Source of the DNA: a virus | Lineage: Duplodnaviria; Caudoviricetes | Reading direction: 5' to 3' (one strand) | IMG/VR virus record: IMGVR_UViG_3300013108_000151 | Location: 882-64,881 of that record | Length of the DNA stretch: 64,000 nt | Shown here: one piece after another, positions 18,622-28,510 of the stretch | How the letters are laid out: every line of letters begins with the position of its first letter | Position numbering within the stretch: the first letter of the stretch is position 1 | Translations under genes and position numbers: made by a program | The notes under the pieces: generated by a model | Told to the model about the DNA's origin: nothing | What the model saw: only the letters and a program-made list of their open reading frames with translations | The model's database searches: none

Positions 18622-21028
18622 TTTCCCAACTCCTTCTTAATAGGGCAACTCGTCCTTCACCTTTTACTTGTAGTCCGAGTTTATTAGCCTGTTTTGATGT
18701 TTCGCCCGGTTTAACATCTTTAGTTGTATTATATGGTGTTATAATTCCAACACCTTCATCTAAGTCTAACATGTCTGCCATACGTTTCATAGCAAAACTT
18801 TTAGATTCTGTAGTTACAGCATTTAGTAAATCGTCTGCTGATAAGTCATAATTGTTTTGTTTCCACAAGTCTTTTAATTTGTTTAGTGTAGCACCTAACC
18901 CAGGCCCAGGTGTCATGCCGTGTTGTATAAGATCTTTTCCTGTTATAGGAAACTCCGGCATTGTAAATTGTTCTATATAACTTGCTAGTTTTTCATTGCT
19001 TTGTATCTTTAATAGATTACTAACTTTTACTTTATCGTGCCCATCAATAACCAAATGCTCTGCTTGTTCTTTTGTTAATTTTCTATTTTTGTAAGTTGTA
19101 TAAAACTTTAAATCTTGTGCTTCGGCGTTACTTAATTTCCATTTGTTAGCAATAGAAGTATCATCAACTAAAACTGCTAATGCTATTACAGGATCTGTAT
19201 TACCTTTTATATCTGTTAATCTTGCTATCTTGCCTGTGTCTAATCCTATTACCTCGTCAACACCTGTTGCTGACATATAGGACAATGTTTGAATTACACT
19301 ATGTCCTACTAATAGTTTGCCCATCTCCTGCCATATTCTCTCTACAGAAACTTGAGACAATCCTTTAGTGTTATCTTTAATAGCCTTTAATGTTTCTTTA
19401 TCCCAAGTAGGACTTTCTAATTTACTTTGAAATCTAAAGTATCTTAGTATTCTTAAGTAATCTTCTTTAATACGTTCTACTGGATCACCAACAAACTTAC
19501 TAACTTTATCTTGTAAGTCGTCCATGCCTTCAAAGTAATCATACAAGTTGCCATCAAAGTCTAAACTCATAGCATTGTAAGTTAAGTCTCTACGTTTAGC
19601 ATCTTCTTTCCAGTTACGAATAAACTCTACGTCAGCATGTCGACCATCTGTATTAGTGTCTGCTCTTAACGTTGTAATTTCATATCCTTCGCCGTCAATA
19701 ATTGCTGTAAGAGTTCCGTGTTCCATTCCAGTAGGCTTATGTTTAATACCTGCTTTGTCTAGTATAGCAACCATTTCGTCTGGTGTGGCATCTGATGCCA
19801 AGTCAATATCTTTAGGTGTTTTACCTAAAGCAATATCTCTAACAGCACCGCCAACTATTCTTATTTCAAACTTGTTCTTTTTGAATACGCTATCTAATTT
19901 TTCTAACGCTGGGTTCATTATATTGTTAAACCCTTCTGTATCTAGTTCTTCACTTTCAACAGTAAACTCTTTGTTAGAAGTTTTAAAGTCTGCTTTCCTC
20001 ATTACTGTTTTAGCAATAAGATCTAATTCTTTGTTATTTTTATCCCATACTAAAGCAAAAGGTACATTAACATCAGTTCTCATATCTTTCATTACTGCTT
20101 CAGCATCAGGACCCATTTGAGCAATAGGTCTTGCCCAGTATTTGTATTCTTGTTTAAATAAACGTGTTAGTTCTGCTGGTGTAATAGGTTTTTCGTTTCT
20201 AGCATCATTTACTCTATCTAAAAAATGTCTAGTAAATTCTACATCAATGCCTACTTTAGAAAATAGTCTGTCAGCATATGCTTCAATTTGTTTTAAGTCT
20301 TGTGGTGTAACATCTTCGTAAACTTTTCTTACATACTTCTTGTAATTTAATCCGTGTCCTGAACTAGGCCTATAGCCCATCTTAGCACCTTTAGGCTTTG
20401 GGTATCTTAGTTTTCCTGGAGTAGACTTTTTTACTTTTAAAGGCCTTCTAAATCCACCATAAGTTAATCCGCTGATACTTAATGGTCCACGTTCGTTTAA
20501 ATATTGCTCTTTATAATCGTCCAAAGCATTTATAACTACATTCAACGAATCTTCATCTGCTTGATACTTAATACCGTAACCGCCTGCTTTATTCCAATTT
20601 TCAATGTTTAGTCCTCTGTCGTCAATTAATATATTAGGCGTACCATCTGGTTGTTTAGCAAATCTATCTTTGTTTGCTACTATAAGAGTGTTTGTAGGTT
20701 TAATTTTTAACTTTCTGCCAATCCAGTCAATTTTATGCTTTTTGCTGTTTTCATGATCATTTCTTAGTGGCGAGGAACATATACTATACGAGCCAAAACG
20801 ATTTATAACTATTTGAAGTAATTTATCTGCTGTAGGAAATTTTTCTAACTTAGCAAAGAAGTCTGTGCCTATCATTCTATTAAGAGTAGAATTTACTTTG
20901 TCTTGGGGTATGTCTCTATAAGTTTTAACACCTACCATTTTTGCCCAAGCACCAAAGAAGTCTGCTAGTACTCCATCCATGTCAACATAAACTATAGGCT
21001 GTTTGTTATCTACTTCACTTAGTTTCAT
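18596..21028 (-). CDS. multidomain protein: HAD 5'(3')-deoxyribonucleotidase + RegB/RelE-like RNase + class II CCA-adding enzyme
   Basis: YVDMDGVLADF/ILIDD; VEFTRHFLDR..KTVMRK; VGGAVRD, KDIDLA, DGRHA, RRDLTYNAM, EDYLRILR. Confidence 0.85.
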   Translation of the reverse strand: MKLSEVDNKQPIVYVDMDGVLADFFGAWAKMVGVKTYRDIPQDKVNSTLNRMIGTDFFAKLEKFPTADKLLQIVINRFGSYSICSSPLRNDHENSKKHKIDWIGRKLKIKPTNTLIVANKDRFAKQPDGTPNILIDDRGLNIENWNKAGGYGIKYQADEDSLNVVINALDDYKEQYLNERGPLSISGLTYGGFRRPLKVKKSTPGKLRYPKPKGAKMGYRPSSGHGLNYKKYVRKVYEDVTPQDLKQIEAYADRLFSKVGIDVEFTRHFLDRVNDARNEKPITPAELTRLFKQEYKYWARPIAQMGPDAEAVMKDMRTDVNVPFALVWDKNNKELDLIAKTVMRKADFKTSNKEFTVESEELDTEGFNNIMNPALEKLDSVFKKNKFEIRIVGGAVRDIALGKTPKDIDLASDATPDEMVAILDKAGIKHKPTGMEHGTLTAIIDGEGYEITTLRADTNTDGRHADVEFIRNWKEDAKRRDLTYNAMSLDFDGNLYDYFEGMDDLQDKVSKFVGDPVERIKEDYLRILRYFRFQSKLESPTWDKETLKAIKDNTKGLSQVSVERIWQEMGKLLVGHSVIQTLSYMSATGVDEVIGLDTGKIARLTDIKGNTDPVIALAVLVDDTSIANKWKLSNAEAQDLKFYTTYKNRKLTKEQAEHLVIDGHDKVKVSNLLKIQSNEKLASYIEQFTMPEFPITGKDLIQHGMTPGPGLGATLNKLKDLWKQNNYDLSADDLLNAVTTESKSFAMKRMADMLDLDEGVGIITPYNTTKDVKPGETSKQANKLGLQVKGEGRVALLRRSWENEKRGTKA

Positions 21029-21037
21029 TTAACTTCC

Positions 21038-22492
21038 TTATACAGTATCGAAGTTTACATCTTCAAATTGATAAGTTGACTCTGCTTTAATCTTTTTTAA
21101 CAACATCATAATACGTTGTGTTTCTTCGGGGTCTTTTGATATTAGTTCTTTAAAAGCATCTGCGGCCGCAATCATTTGATTACGTGAATATTGTGTGTCA
21201 CCGCGTTTCATTTTCATTAATACTTGTAGTAACTGTTGTTTGTCTGCTACACCTGGAAGTTGTTTAGCAATCATTTGTGGACTAACGCCACCTGATAACT
21301 TGCCATCTTCGTCGTTAGGCGAGTCAGGTGTTACTAGTTCTTCTTTCTTTAATGTTGGTGTATCTATTCTTTGGTTAACCTTAGCAGGATCCATTCCCAT
21401 TTTAGATGCTTGTCCGTACTTTGCCATTGTCTTTTGTAAGTAAGCGGCTTTTCTTCTCAACCTAGCGGCTTTTTTAGCGGCAGGTGAAATTCCTTCTGTC
21501 ATTACTGGGTCAAAGTTATCTAGATAAAATCTTATTAATGTTTTAGTATCTATATCTTTAAATCCACCAGCAATGTTAGAAGCATACCAGCCTAAAGCAT
21601 GGCGAAACGGTTTGCCAGCATTTTCTTTTTTCTTTCTTTGTAAAACAGAGTGTAGTCTTTCTGCGGCATTTCTATATCCACGTCTGTTTAGTACAGGTGC
21701 TATTTTTCTTTTTAGCATTCCGTATGGAGTTTCTTCTTCAACAGATTCACCTTTTGCCCTTTTGGTGGCTACGGCATGCATTACACTCTCAGCATCTTTA
21801 CCATAACGTTTTTCAAAGTCGCCTTTATGTTTTTTTAGTTTCTTAAAGTTTGCTTCTTTGCTACGTTTCTCTCCGCCGCTTAATTTTCGTTCTGTTGTTG
21901 TTTCTGCCAGACGTGTATCCAGTACCTGCTGAATTACCTCGTTATACGAACCGAACAAATCGGTTATAAACTCTTTCCTTTGTTCATCGTCTAGTGTTTT
22001 ATACTGGTCTCTTAGTTGTGTGGCAGAAGAAGCCGGAGCACCTAGTACTGTGAAATTAACAGTTGGCGCCACGATTAAGTACCCATGCTTCTCATACCCT
22101 TCTAGTTCTTCAATTTTTTTGTTGTCTATTGGTTGGTAATATGTTGGGGTTCCATCTTTCTTAAGACCTGGTTTGAACCTTGGGTTTTCGTCCATGTCCT
22201 TTTGCCCTACAGCAAATATAACTGCTGTATCTGGGCTAACACCTGACAGAGTATTTTCAGGTTTATATGGTGATGTTTCCTGTTTAATTGCTTTACCAGG
22301 AACACCAGCAAGTAACATCATAGCACGTTTTTCTTTAAATGTAAACGGTGATCCAGGGCCTGTTTTATTGCTTGTACAAATGAAAGTATTATTTTCGCCA
22401 AACTTCTTGGCTATACTGTCATAAACAGCCTTGTGTCCTTTGTGAAATGGATGAAACCTGCCACCATATATTGCTATAATCTTACTAGCCAT
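21038..22492 (-). CDS. HxGH (cytidylyl/NMN-adenylyl) nucleotidyltransferase with C-terminal modules
   Basis: IYGGRFHPFHKGH, SPFTFKEK, SSATQLR, then several short modules. Confidence 0.75.
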   Translation of the reverse strand: MASKIIAIYGGRFHPFHKGHKAVYDSIAKKFGENNTFICTSNKTGPGSPFTFKEKRAMMLLAGVPGKAIKQETSPYKPENTLSGVSPDTAVIFAVGQKDMDENPRFKPGLKKDGTPTYYQPIDNKKIEELEGYEKHGYLIVAPTVNFTVLGAPASSATQLRDQYKTLDDEQRKEFITDLFGSYNEVIQQVLDTRLAETTTERKLSGGEKRSKEANFKKLKKHKGDFEKRYGKDAESVMHAVATKRAKGESVEEETPYGMLKRKIAPVLNRRGYRNAAERLHSVLQRKKKENAGKPFRHALGWYASNIAGGFKDIDTKTLIRFYLDNFDPVMTEGISPAAKKAARLRRKAAYLQKTMAKYGQASKMGMDPAKVNQRIDTPTLKKEELVTPDSPNDEDGKLSGGVSPQMIAKQLPGVADKQQLLQVLMKMKRGDTQYSRNQMIAAADAFKELISKDPEETQRIMMLLKKIKAESTYQFEDVNFDTV

Positions 22493-22516
22493 TAATTTAC
22501 TCCAGTTATACTGTAT

Positions 22517-23218
22517 TTAGTTTTTTTGGAGCAAGGCTATGTCACCTTGAAACGAATAATATCCTGTATGTGTTAATGGAATGCTGGTATCGGCATATAT
22601 TTTTCCACCTAATTCTCTCCAACGTTTACAAAACGTATAGTCTTCGCTAAGGTAATTGCCTTGATCGTCAATATCTGTATCAAATAAAGCATACATAAAT
22701 TGTTCTGCTTCATTGCTTATGTTAATATTGTTTCTGTGTTTTAAGTTAGGAAAACTATCAAACATTTTTTGAATTACTTCACGTTTGATTAGTAAAAATC
22801 CTGTACCAATATCTTCTACTTCTATTAAATCACCATCGCGGTTAGCATTAGGACTAGGATTAAAAACGTAATCAGGATCAAATGTTTTCTTGGGATATAT
22901 ACCACCTACAACATCTTTATCGTGTGCTATAAGTTTATATACAGATTCTGGATTAAAGCCAACATCAGCATCTATAAACATTAAATGAGTTGCTTTAGGA
23001 TTTAACATTACTTTTGCTACAAGGTTATTTCTTGCCCTAGTAACAAGACTTTCGTTAGCCATTGTTTCTACACTAAATGTCATATCATTTTTCATACAAG
23101 CAATAGTGTATGAGATCATACTGACGTAGTGCTTCTCTGTAACTTGACCCCCATAACATGGAGTACAAATTGCTACGAAACTTTTTTGTATAATGTTTGC
23201 TTGTTCATCTGTGAACAT
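22517..23218 (-). CDS. GT-A (GT2-like) glycosyltransferase
   Basis: LVTRARN, FIDADV, GTGFLLI, LSEDYTFC. Confidence 0.85.
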   Translation of the reverse strand: MFTDEQANIIQKSFVAICTPCYGGQVTEKHYVSMISYTIACMKNDMTFSVETMANESLVTRARNNLVAKVMLNPKATHLMFIDADVGFNPESVYKLIAHDKDVVGGIYPKKTFDPDYVFNPSPNANRDGDLIEVEDIGTGFLLIKREVIQKMFDSFPNLKHRNNINISNEAEQFMYALFDTDIDDQGNYLSEDYTFCKRWRELGGKIYADTSIPLTHTGYYSFQGDIALLQKN

Positions 23219-23229
23219 TGATTACCTAG

Positions 23230-23478
23230 TTAAATTGAAATTTCTAATGTGTGTTCTGGGATAGTCTTTGATAATACATTGGCTAGTCTATTAGCCTCAT
23301 CCTCTGTGAATGCTGTTTTAAAAGTACAACCTAAGGCATTTTCTAATACGTCAATATACCAATCGTCTGTACTTTCTGTTAATCCTCTGCCTAACACCAT
23401 AGCAATGGCACCAGCAAAGATTCTTTGTTCTTGTACTGTAGGTTCGTGTCCTAAATCTAATTTAATCCAATTTACCAT
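23230..23478 (-). CDS. hypothetical protein
   Basis: 82-aa ORF coupled to upstream gene. Confidence 0.5.
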   Translation of the reverse strand: MVNWIKLDLGHEPTVQEQRIFAGAIAMVLGRGLTESTDDWYIDVLENALGCTFKTAFTEDEANRLANVLSKTIPEHTLEISI

Positions 23479-23870
23479 TAGTAATTAAACCTCAATTTGT
23501 TAATAGTACCTGCTGTAAAAGATGTTATACTAGCTCTAATGTTTACAAAGTTACCTGTAAAGTTAAAAGCCTTATGTGATGTTTCAGTCGAGTATGCTTG
23601 TGAAGTGCCACTAGCCGTTCCTGCCGGGTCAACTAATGTAACATCAAACCAATCAGTGCTTCCAGGTGTTTCTACTAGACTTGCTTGTATTGTAATTGTA
23701 CCAGTAAATCCAGTTAACTGCCAACTAACAGTATGTAATCCATCGCTGTAACCGTAGTAGCCATCTCCTTTTGCTGAATCGCTTTGGAATGCTATAGAAC
23801 TACCATCATAGTTGCCTGTGGCTGTACCATGTGTTGTACTTGCTATTAGAGTTGTTGCTGTTGCTGGCAT
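23478..23870 (-). CDS. small beta-rich virion protein
   Basis: Thr/Gly-rich, FTGTITIQASL, NFTGNFV; late motif upstream. Confidence 0.6.
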   Translation of the reverse strand: MPATATTLIASTTHGTATGNYDGSSIAFQSDSAKGDGYYGYSDGLHTVSWQLTGFTGTITIQASLVETPGSTDWFDVTLVDPAGTASGTSQAYSTETSHKAFNFTGNFVNIRASITSFTAGTINKLRFNY

Positions 23871-23892
23871 AATATTTTCCTATTTTACTTAT

Positions 23893-24159
23893 TTATTTAA
23901 TTTTGTATGCTTTAGCCAGACGTTCTGGCGTCATGCTGTCAATTTCTTTTACATTTGAATAGTTAAAAGTAAAGTTTTCTCTGTGATCTCTTACAAAGTG
24001 TCCTATACCGCCATCTTCGTTGGCGTTTGTAATGCTTAATTCTTTCATAATTTCAATGTTTTCGTGGCTAAAGCCCTTTGATATTACTTTAGCATATACT
24101 CTTGTACCTGCTTTTATTAGTTTCTTGTTTAATAATTTAATCCAAAGTTGCTGATTCAT
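23893..24159 (-). CDS. hypothetical protein
   Basis: 88-aa ORF. Confidence 0.55.
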   Translation of the reverse strand: MNQQLWIKLLNKKLIKAGTRVYAKVISKGFSHENIEIMKELSITNANEDGGIGHFVRDHRENFTFNYSNVKEIDSMTPERLAKAYKIK

Positions 24160-24971
24160 TTTGTTTCTTTCTTTACATATTTTATAACTCGAGAAATAAA
24201 TTCTCCAAGTGTTAAGTCTACTAATGTTAGATTATATTCATCTTCAACGTAGATCCAATCTCCTACGGGCCAATGTCCTCCGGGTTTGGATTTATTCATT
24301 TCTGCTAACCTTCTATCAGTAACTTTGATAACTCCTTGCTCATTTAATTCTGTTATTACTTTTGTTGTTGAAGTGTTTTTCCTACACTTATCTTTAAGTA
24401 TAACACGATATTGATATTTGTCAAGCGGAAACTTATCACATTCAATTTCATCAGGTTGAATTTTAGGATTAACTAAATCAACTTCATATACATAGGTAGC
24501 AACATTTTCTAACAAAGAAAATACATTAGGATCATTTGTATAATGGTCTACATTTGTTCCTTCAATTCTAAGTTTAGGATTTGGACCTAAATTTTCATAC
24601 ATCCATTTTATTAATTCAAATGTATTTTCGTATTCTTTATTCCATATAGATTTTTTACCAACTGGTACTATCCTGCTATAAGATTTTTCACAAATTTGCT
24701 TTAGTAATGACCTATCATCTGGTAGTAATCCTTTAACCCATTCTTTATACGATTTACTATTACTACCACTAAATTCTGTACGTCTAGCATAAAAGTAACG
24801 CCAATAATAAACAGGATAAAATCTTATACGAATTTGAAACTCACTATAAAATCTACTATCTGCTATCCTAATTCTAGATAAGAATCTACTAAGTTTGGGG
24901 TTTAAATTGGTCCAGTACAATAAGACCGGATTTGTTGACTTGTGGAGTAGATTCGGCTTGTAACTCTTCAT
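24156..24971 (-). CDS. hypothetical protein (start uncertain, overlaps clpA end)
   Basis: 271-aa ORF. Confidence 0.55.
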   Translation of the reverse strand: MKSYKPNLLHKSTNPVLLYWTNLNPKLSRFLSRIRIADSRFYSEFQIRIRFYPVYYWRYFYARRTEFSGSNSKSYKEWVKGLLPDDRSLLKQICEKSYSRIVPVGKKSIWNKEYENTFELIKWMYENLGPNPKLRIEGTNVDHYTNDPNVFSLLENVATYVYEVDLVNPKIQPDEIECDKFPLDKYQYRVILKDKCRKNTSTTKVITELNEQGVIKVTDRRLAEMNKSKPGGHWPVGDWIYVEDEYNLTLVDLTLGEFISRVIKYVKKETK

Positions 24972-27207
24972 TGTGATCTAGCTCTCCTTTGTTAATAGTA
25001 ATTGTAAATTGATTATCTACATAATCAATTAAAATTAGAGAGCCTTCAGGAACTGATTCAAATAAAATTTTCTTAGATAAAGGTATTTTAACTTTATCTT
25101 CAATTACTCTTGCTAATGGTCTAGCACCCATTTTCTTATCATATCCGAGCTCGGCTAATTGTGCCACTGCTTTTTCCATAAACTCGATCTTAACACCCTT
25201 CTCAGAAAGTAAGTCGTTAATTTCTTCTTTAAATTTGCCAACAATTTTTCTTACTACTTCGGTTGATAGATGTTTAAATTTACATACGCCATCTAGTCTA
25301 TTTCTAAATTCAGGTTTAAAGAAGTTTTTGACTGCTTTATCTTCCTCACCTGTTTTTTCGAGTCCTTGACTAAAGCCAATATTATTCATTTCGTTATCCA
25401 TAGCACCTAAGTTAGATGTCATTAAGATAACTGTATTTCTAGCATCTGCTTTCTTACCATTTGTGCTAGTAATAAATCCTTCGTCCATTAGTTGTAACAA
25501 TACATTACTAACATCAGGGTGTGCTTTTTCTATCTCATCAAACAATATAATAGAGTGAGGATTCTTTTCTATTTCACTTACTAGCATTCCGCCACCTAAG
25601 TTACCATCTTCGTATCCTACATATCCTGGAGGAGCACCAATTAGTCTAGCGACTGTATGCTTCTCTTGGTATTCACTCATATCAAAACGTAATAGTTTTG
25701 CTTGTGAATATTCTGCTAATAGTTTAGCAAATTCTGTTTTACCAGAGCCTGTTGGTCCTAGTAATAAAAATGTTCCTATAGGTTTATTAATACTTTTTAG
25801 TCCTGCTTTGCTTACCATAATCTTATTAACTACAGTATCAATTACTTGATCTTGTCCGTATAGTTTAGTTTTAATATGAACATCTATTTCTGCTAAACTC
25901 TTTGTCTCTTCAGAGTTTAAATGTTCTATAGGTATCCTTGTCGCTTTAGAAAGTTCTTCTATAATGTTGTGTTTACGAATCTTAAAGTTCTTGTGTCCTA
26001 AGAAACGTTGCCTAGCACAAGCACTATCAATTAAATCAATAGCCTTATCTGGTAATTTTCTATCTGATTGGTGTCTGACGCTAAGGTCAACAGCGGCTTC
26101 AATAGCCTCTGGAAATATCTTTGCTTTATGAAAGTCCATAAAATACTTGTTAAGACCAGTAAGTATATCTTTCGCTACTTCTGGTGTGGGCTCTTCAACT
26201 GTTAGTCTATAAAATCTTCTCATAAACGCCCTGTCTTTTTCAAAACTAGACGTATAGTCTTCCCATGTAGTAGAAGCAATTACTTTTACTTCTCCTTTTG
26301 CTAATGCTGGTTTAAGCATTTGCATGAAATCTGGTCCACTGTTTCCCCCGGCGCCGGCACCCTTCATTTGATGTGCTTCATCTATGAAGATTATAGTACC
26401 CGGCAGTTTCTTTGCCGCGGATATAATTTCTTTTAATCTTTCTTCAAATTCACCTCTGTATTTTGTTCCGGCAATTAAGCCACCAACGTCGAGATTAAAT
26501 ATTTTAGAATTTTTTAAGTATTCAGGCACGTTGCCCGCGTTAATTCTTGCGGCTAGTCCTTCAGCAATAGCAGTCTTACCCACTCCAGGTTCGCCTATTA
26601 ATAATACATTTGATTTGTTACGTTTAGCAAGTACTTGGCACATTTCCTCTATCTCTGTCTCTCTGCCAATAACAGGATCAATCTTTTTGTTTTGTGCCTG
26701 TTCGTTTAAATTAACTGTGAACTCGTCCATAACTTCTTTAGCCATTTGTAAATGCATTTCTTCTTCATTTTCACCTGTGTAATTCATATTGAAGAATTCA
26801 GTTAGACTGTGCTTTGCTACACCAAACTTCATAAAGAAGTAATAAGAGTGGCTACGTTCTTCAGCCATAATGCTTTGGAATAAGTCTATTGTTTGTAAAT
26901 GTTGTCTGCCGCTAAACAATACTTGAGTAAATGCTCTATTACATACTCTATCTAGTCCTTGTGTTTTTTGAGGATCTATATGGCCTTCTGTTGTTATAGG
27001 CAATGTTTCTACATACGCCTTAATTTCTTTTGCTAATTGTTCTTGATCACACCCGTACTCCTCTAACATTATTTTAAAGTTCTTATAGTTAACTAATGCT
27101 AATGTTAAATGCTCAATAGTAACGTATTTGTGCTTTAATTTTGCGGCAAATTCATATGCTTTGCTTAAAATTAAATCCATTTCCGGGTTGTGTTTTATTC
27201 CTGCCAT
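24889..27207 (-). CDS. clpA: ATP-dependent Clp protease ATP-binding subunit ClpA
   Basis: two AAA+ modules (GEPGVGKT, GPTGSGKT), KYRGEFEER, GAPPGYVGY, IGF ClpP-docking loop. Confidence 0.93.
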   Translation of the reverse strand: MAGIKHNPEMDLILSKAYEFAAKLKHKYVTIEHLTLALVNYKNFKIMLEEYGCDQEQLAKEIKAYVETLPITTEGHIDPQKTQGLDRVCNRAFTQVLFSGRQHLQTIDLFQSIMAEERSHSYYFFMKFGVAKHSLTEFFNMNYTGENEEEMHLQMAKEVMDEFTVNLNEQAQNKKIDPVIGRETEIEEMCQVLAKRNKSNVLLIGEPGVGKTAIAEGLAARINAGNVPEYLKNSKIFNLDVGGLIAGTKYRGEFEERLKEIISAAKKLPGTIIFIDEAHQMKGAGAGGNSGPDFMQMLKPALAKGEVKVIASTTWEDYTSSFEKDRAFMRRFYRLTVEEPTPEVAKDILTGLNKYFMDFHKAKIFPEAIEAAVDLSVRHQSDRKLPDKAIDLIDSACARQRFLGHKNFKIRKHNIIEELSKATRIPIEHLNSEETKSLAEIDVHIKTKLYGQDQVIDTVVNKIMVSKAGLKSINKPIGTFLLLGPTGSGKTEFAKLLAEYSQAKLLRFDMSEYQEKHTVARLIGAPPGYVGYEDGNLGGGMLVSEIEKNPHSIILFDEIEKAHPDVSNVLLQLMDEGFITSTNGKKADARNTVILMTSNLGAMDNEMNNIGFSQGLEKTGEEDKAVKNFFKPEFRNRLDGVCKFKHLSTEVVRKIVGKFKEEINDLLSEKGVKIEFMEKAVAQLAELGYDKKMGARPLARVIEDKVKIPLSKKILFESVPEGSLILIDYVDNQFTITINKGELDHNEELQAESTPQVNKSGLIVLDQFKPQT

Positions 27208-27215
27208 ATTATATC

Positions 27216-27701
27216 CTAACTGTATTGTACTTCATTATTAAATCTTTGATCCATTGTTATACCTTGACAGTGATCATATTCGTGTAACCAACATCTTGCT
27301 TCAAGTCCTTCTAAATCCATTGTTGTCCAAGTTCCAGCATAATCTTGAAACTTTACATGGCAATTATTAGGGCGAGTTATTTTTAATTCTTCGCCTTTAA
27401 AACTTAAACATCCTTCGGTGTCTGTTACCATATTATCATGACCCCATTCTCCATCCGTGTGTATTAATTCGGGATTGATACAAGTAAGTATGGTTTTATC
27501 TGCCCTCTTCATTACAAACATTTGTACATTAAGACCGCATTGGTTAGCCGCTAATCCCATACCGCCTTCTTCAAACATAAGACTAACAAGTTCTAAACTA
27601 TACTTTTGGTATAATTTCTTACTTGCTTCTTTATCGTCCCAAGTAAGTTTTTTTCCTAATGTGTGTAAGTATGTTGGGTCTAATCTCATTTTGTATTCCA
27701 T
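27216..27701 (-). CDS. def: peptide deformylase
   Basis: GMGLAANQCG, EGCLS, HEYDH. Confidence 0.93.
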   Translation of the reverse strand: MEYKMRLDPTYLHTLGKKLTWDDKEASKKLYQKYSLELVSLMFEEGGMGLAANQCGLNVQMFVMKRADKTILTCINPELIHTDGEWGHDNMVTDTEGCLSFKGEELKITRPNNCHVKFQDYAGTWTTMDLEGLEARCWLHEYDHCQGITMDQRFNNEVQYS

Positions 27702-28504
27702 TTTATTATAGCATTTTTCTGTTCTTCTGTCAAGTTCTTAGGTATATTAATATGTAGCCTAATAAACAAGTCACCACCATCTAATCCGTAACCAGGTATA
27801 CGTTGTACTTGATGATGTTGAGTGCCTTCTTTGATTGATATCTTTAATACCTTGTCGTCAATATGTGTATACTCTGTAACACCTCCTGTCATAGCGTCCC
27901 ATACACTTATTTCATGTTCAGCAACAAGGTTGCCTCCCTCTATACTGTACTTATTATCACGCTGAATAAGAACAGTGATTATTAAATCACCTGGAGTACC
28001 CATTTGTCTAGGTGGTAAGCCGTGTCCTGTATAACGTATCTTTGTTCCGTTTTTAACGAACGGCGGCGTTTTTACACTTAGAGTATTACCATTTACTTGA
28101 AGTATATGTTCGTGTCCATGCCACATTTGATAAAATGTTACTGGCAAATTCATTGCTATGTCTCTACCTTTTCGACTAGTATTACGATATTTTACATCAG
28201 GATGTGGGCCGCTTCTTTGACCAAATATGTCTCCAAAATTTCCAAATCCTGATAGTATATCGTGTAAGTCGTCTTGTGACATTCCACTACTAGACCATGT
28301 GAAGGATGTATCACCAAAAGGATTTTGTCCAGTGTCGCCTTTTTTAATTCTATTATATGCTTCTGTGATTTCTTTCATTTTGGCTTCGCTACCACCTTTC
28401 CTGTCAGGGTGGTGCTTCATAGCCAATTTCTTATAGGCTTTCTTTACTGTTGCTTCGTCTGATTCGGGGGATACACCCAGAACTGTATAAGGGTCCTGAT
28501 TCAT
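27686..28504 (-). CDS. dnaJ: DnaJ/CbpA-type co-chaperone
   Basis: J-domain HHPD, G/F region, DnaJ C-domain, no Zn finger. Confidence 0.88.
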   Translation of the reverse strand: MNQDPYTVLGVSPESDEATVKKAYKKLAMKHHPDRKGGSEAKMKEITEAYNRIKKGDTGQNPFGDTSFTWSSSGMSQDDLHDILSGFGNFGDIFGQRSGPHPDVKYRNTSRKGRDIAMNLPVTFYQMWHGHEHILQVNGNTLSVKTPPFVKNGTKIRYTGHGLPPRQMGTPGDLIITVLIQRDNKYSIEGGNLVAEHEISVWDAMTGGVTEYTHIDDKVLKISIKEGTQHHQVQRIPGYGLDGGDLFIRLHINIPKNLTEEQKNAIIKWNTK

Positions 28505-28510
28505 GTGTAT

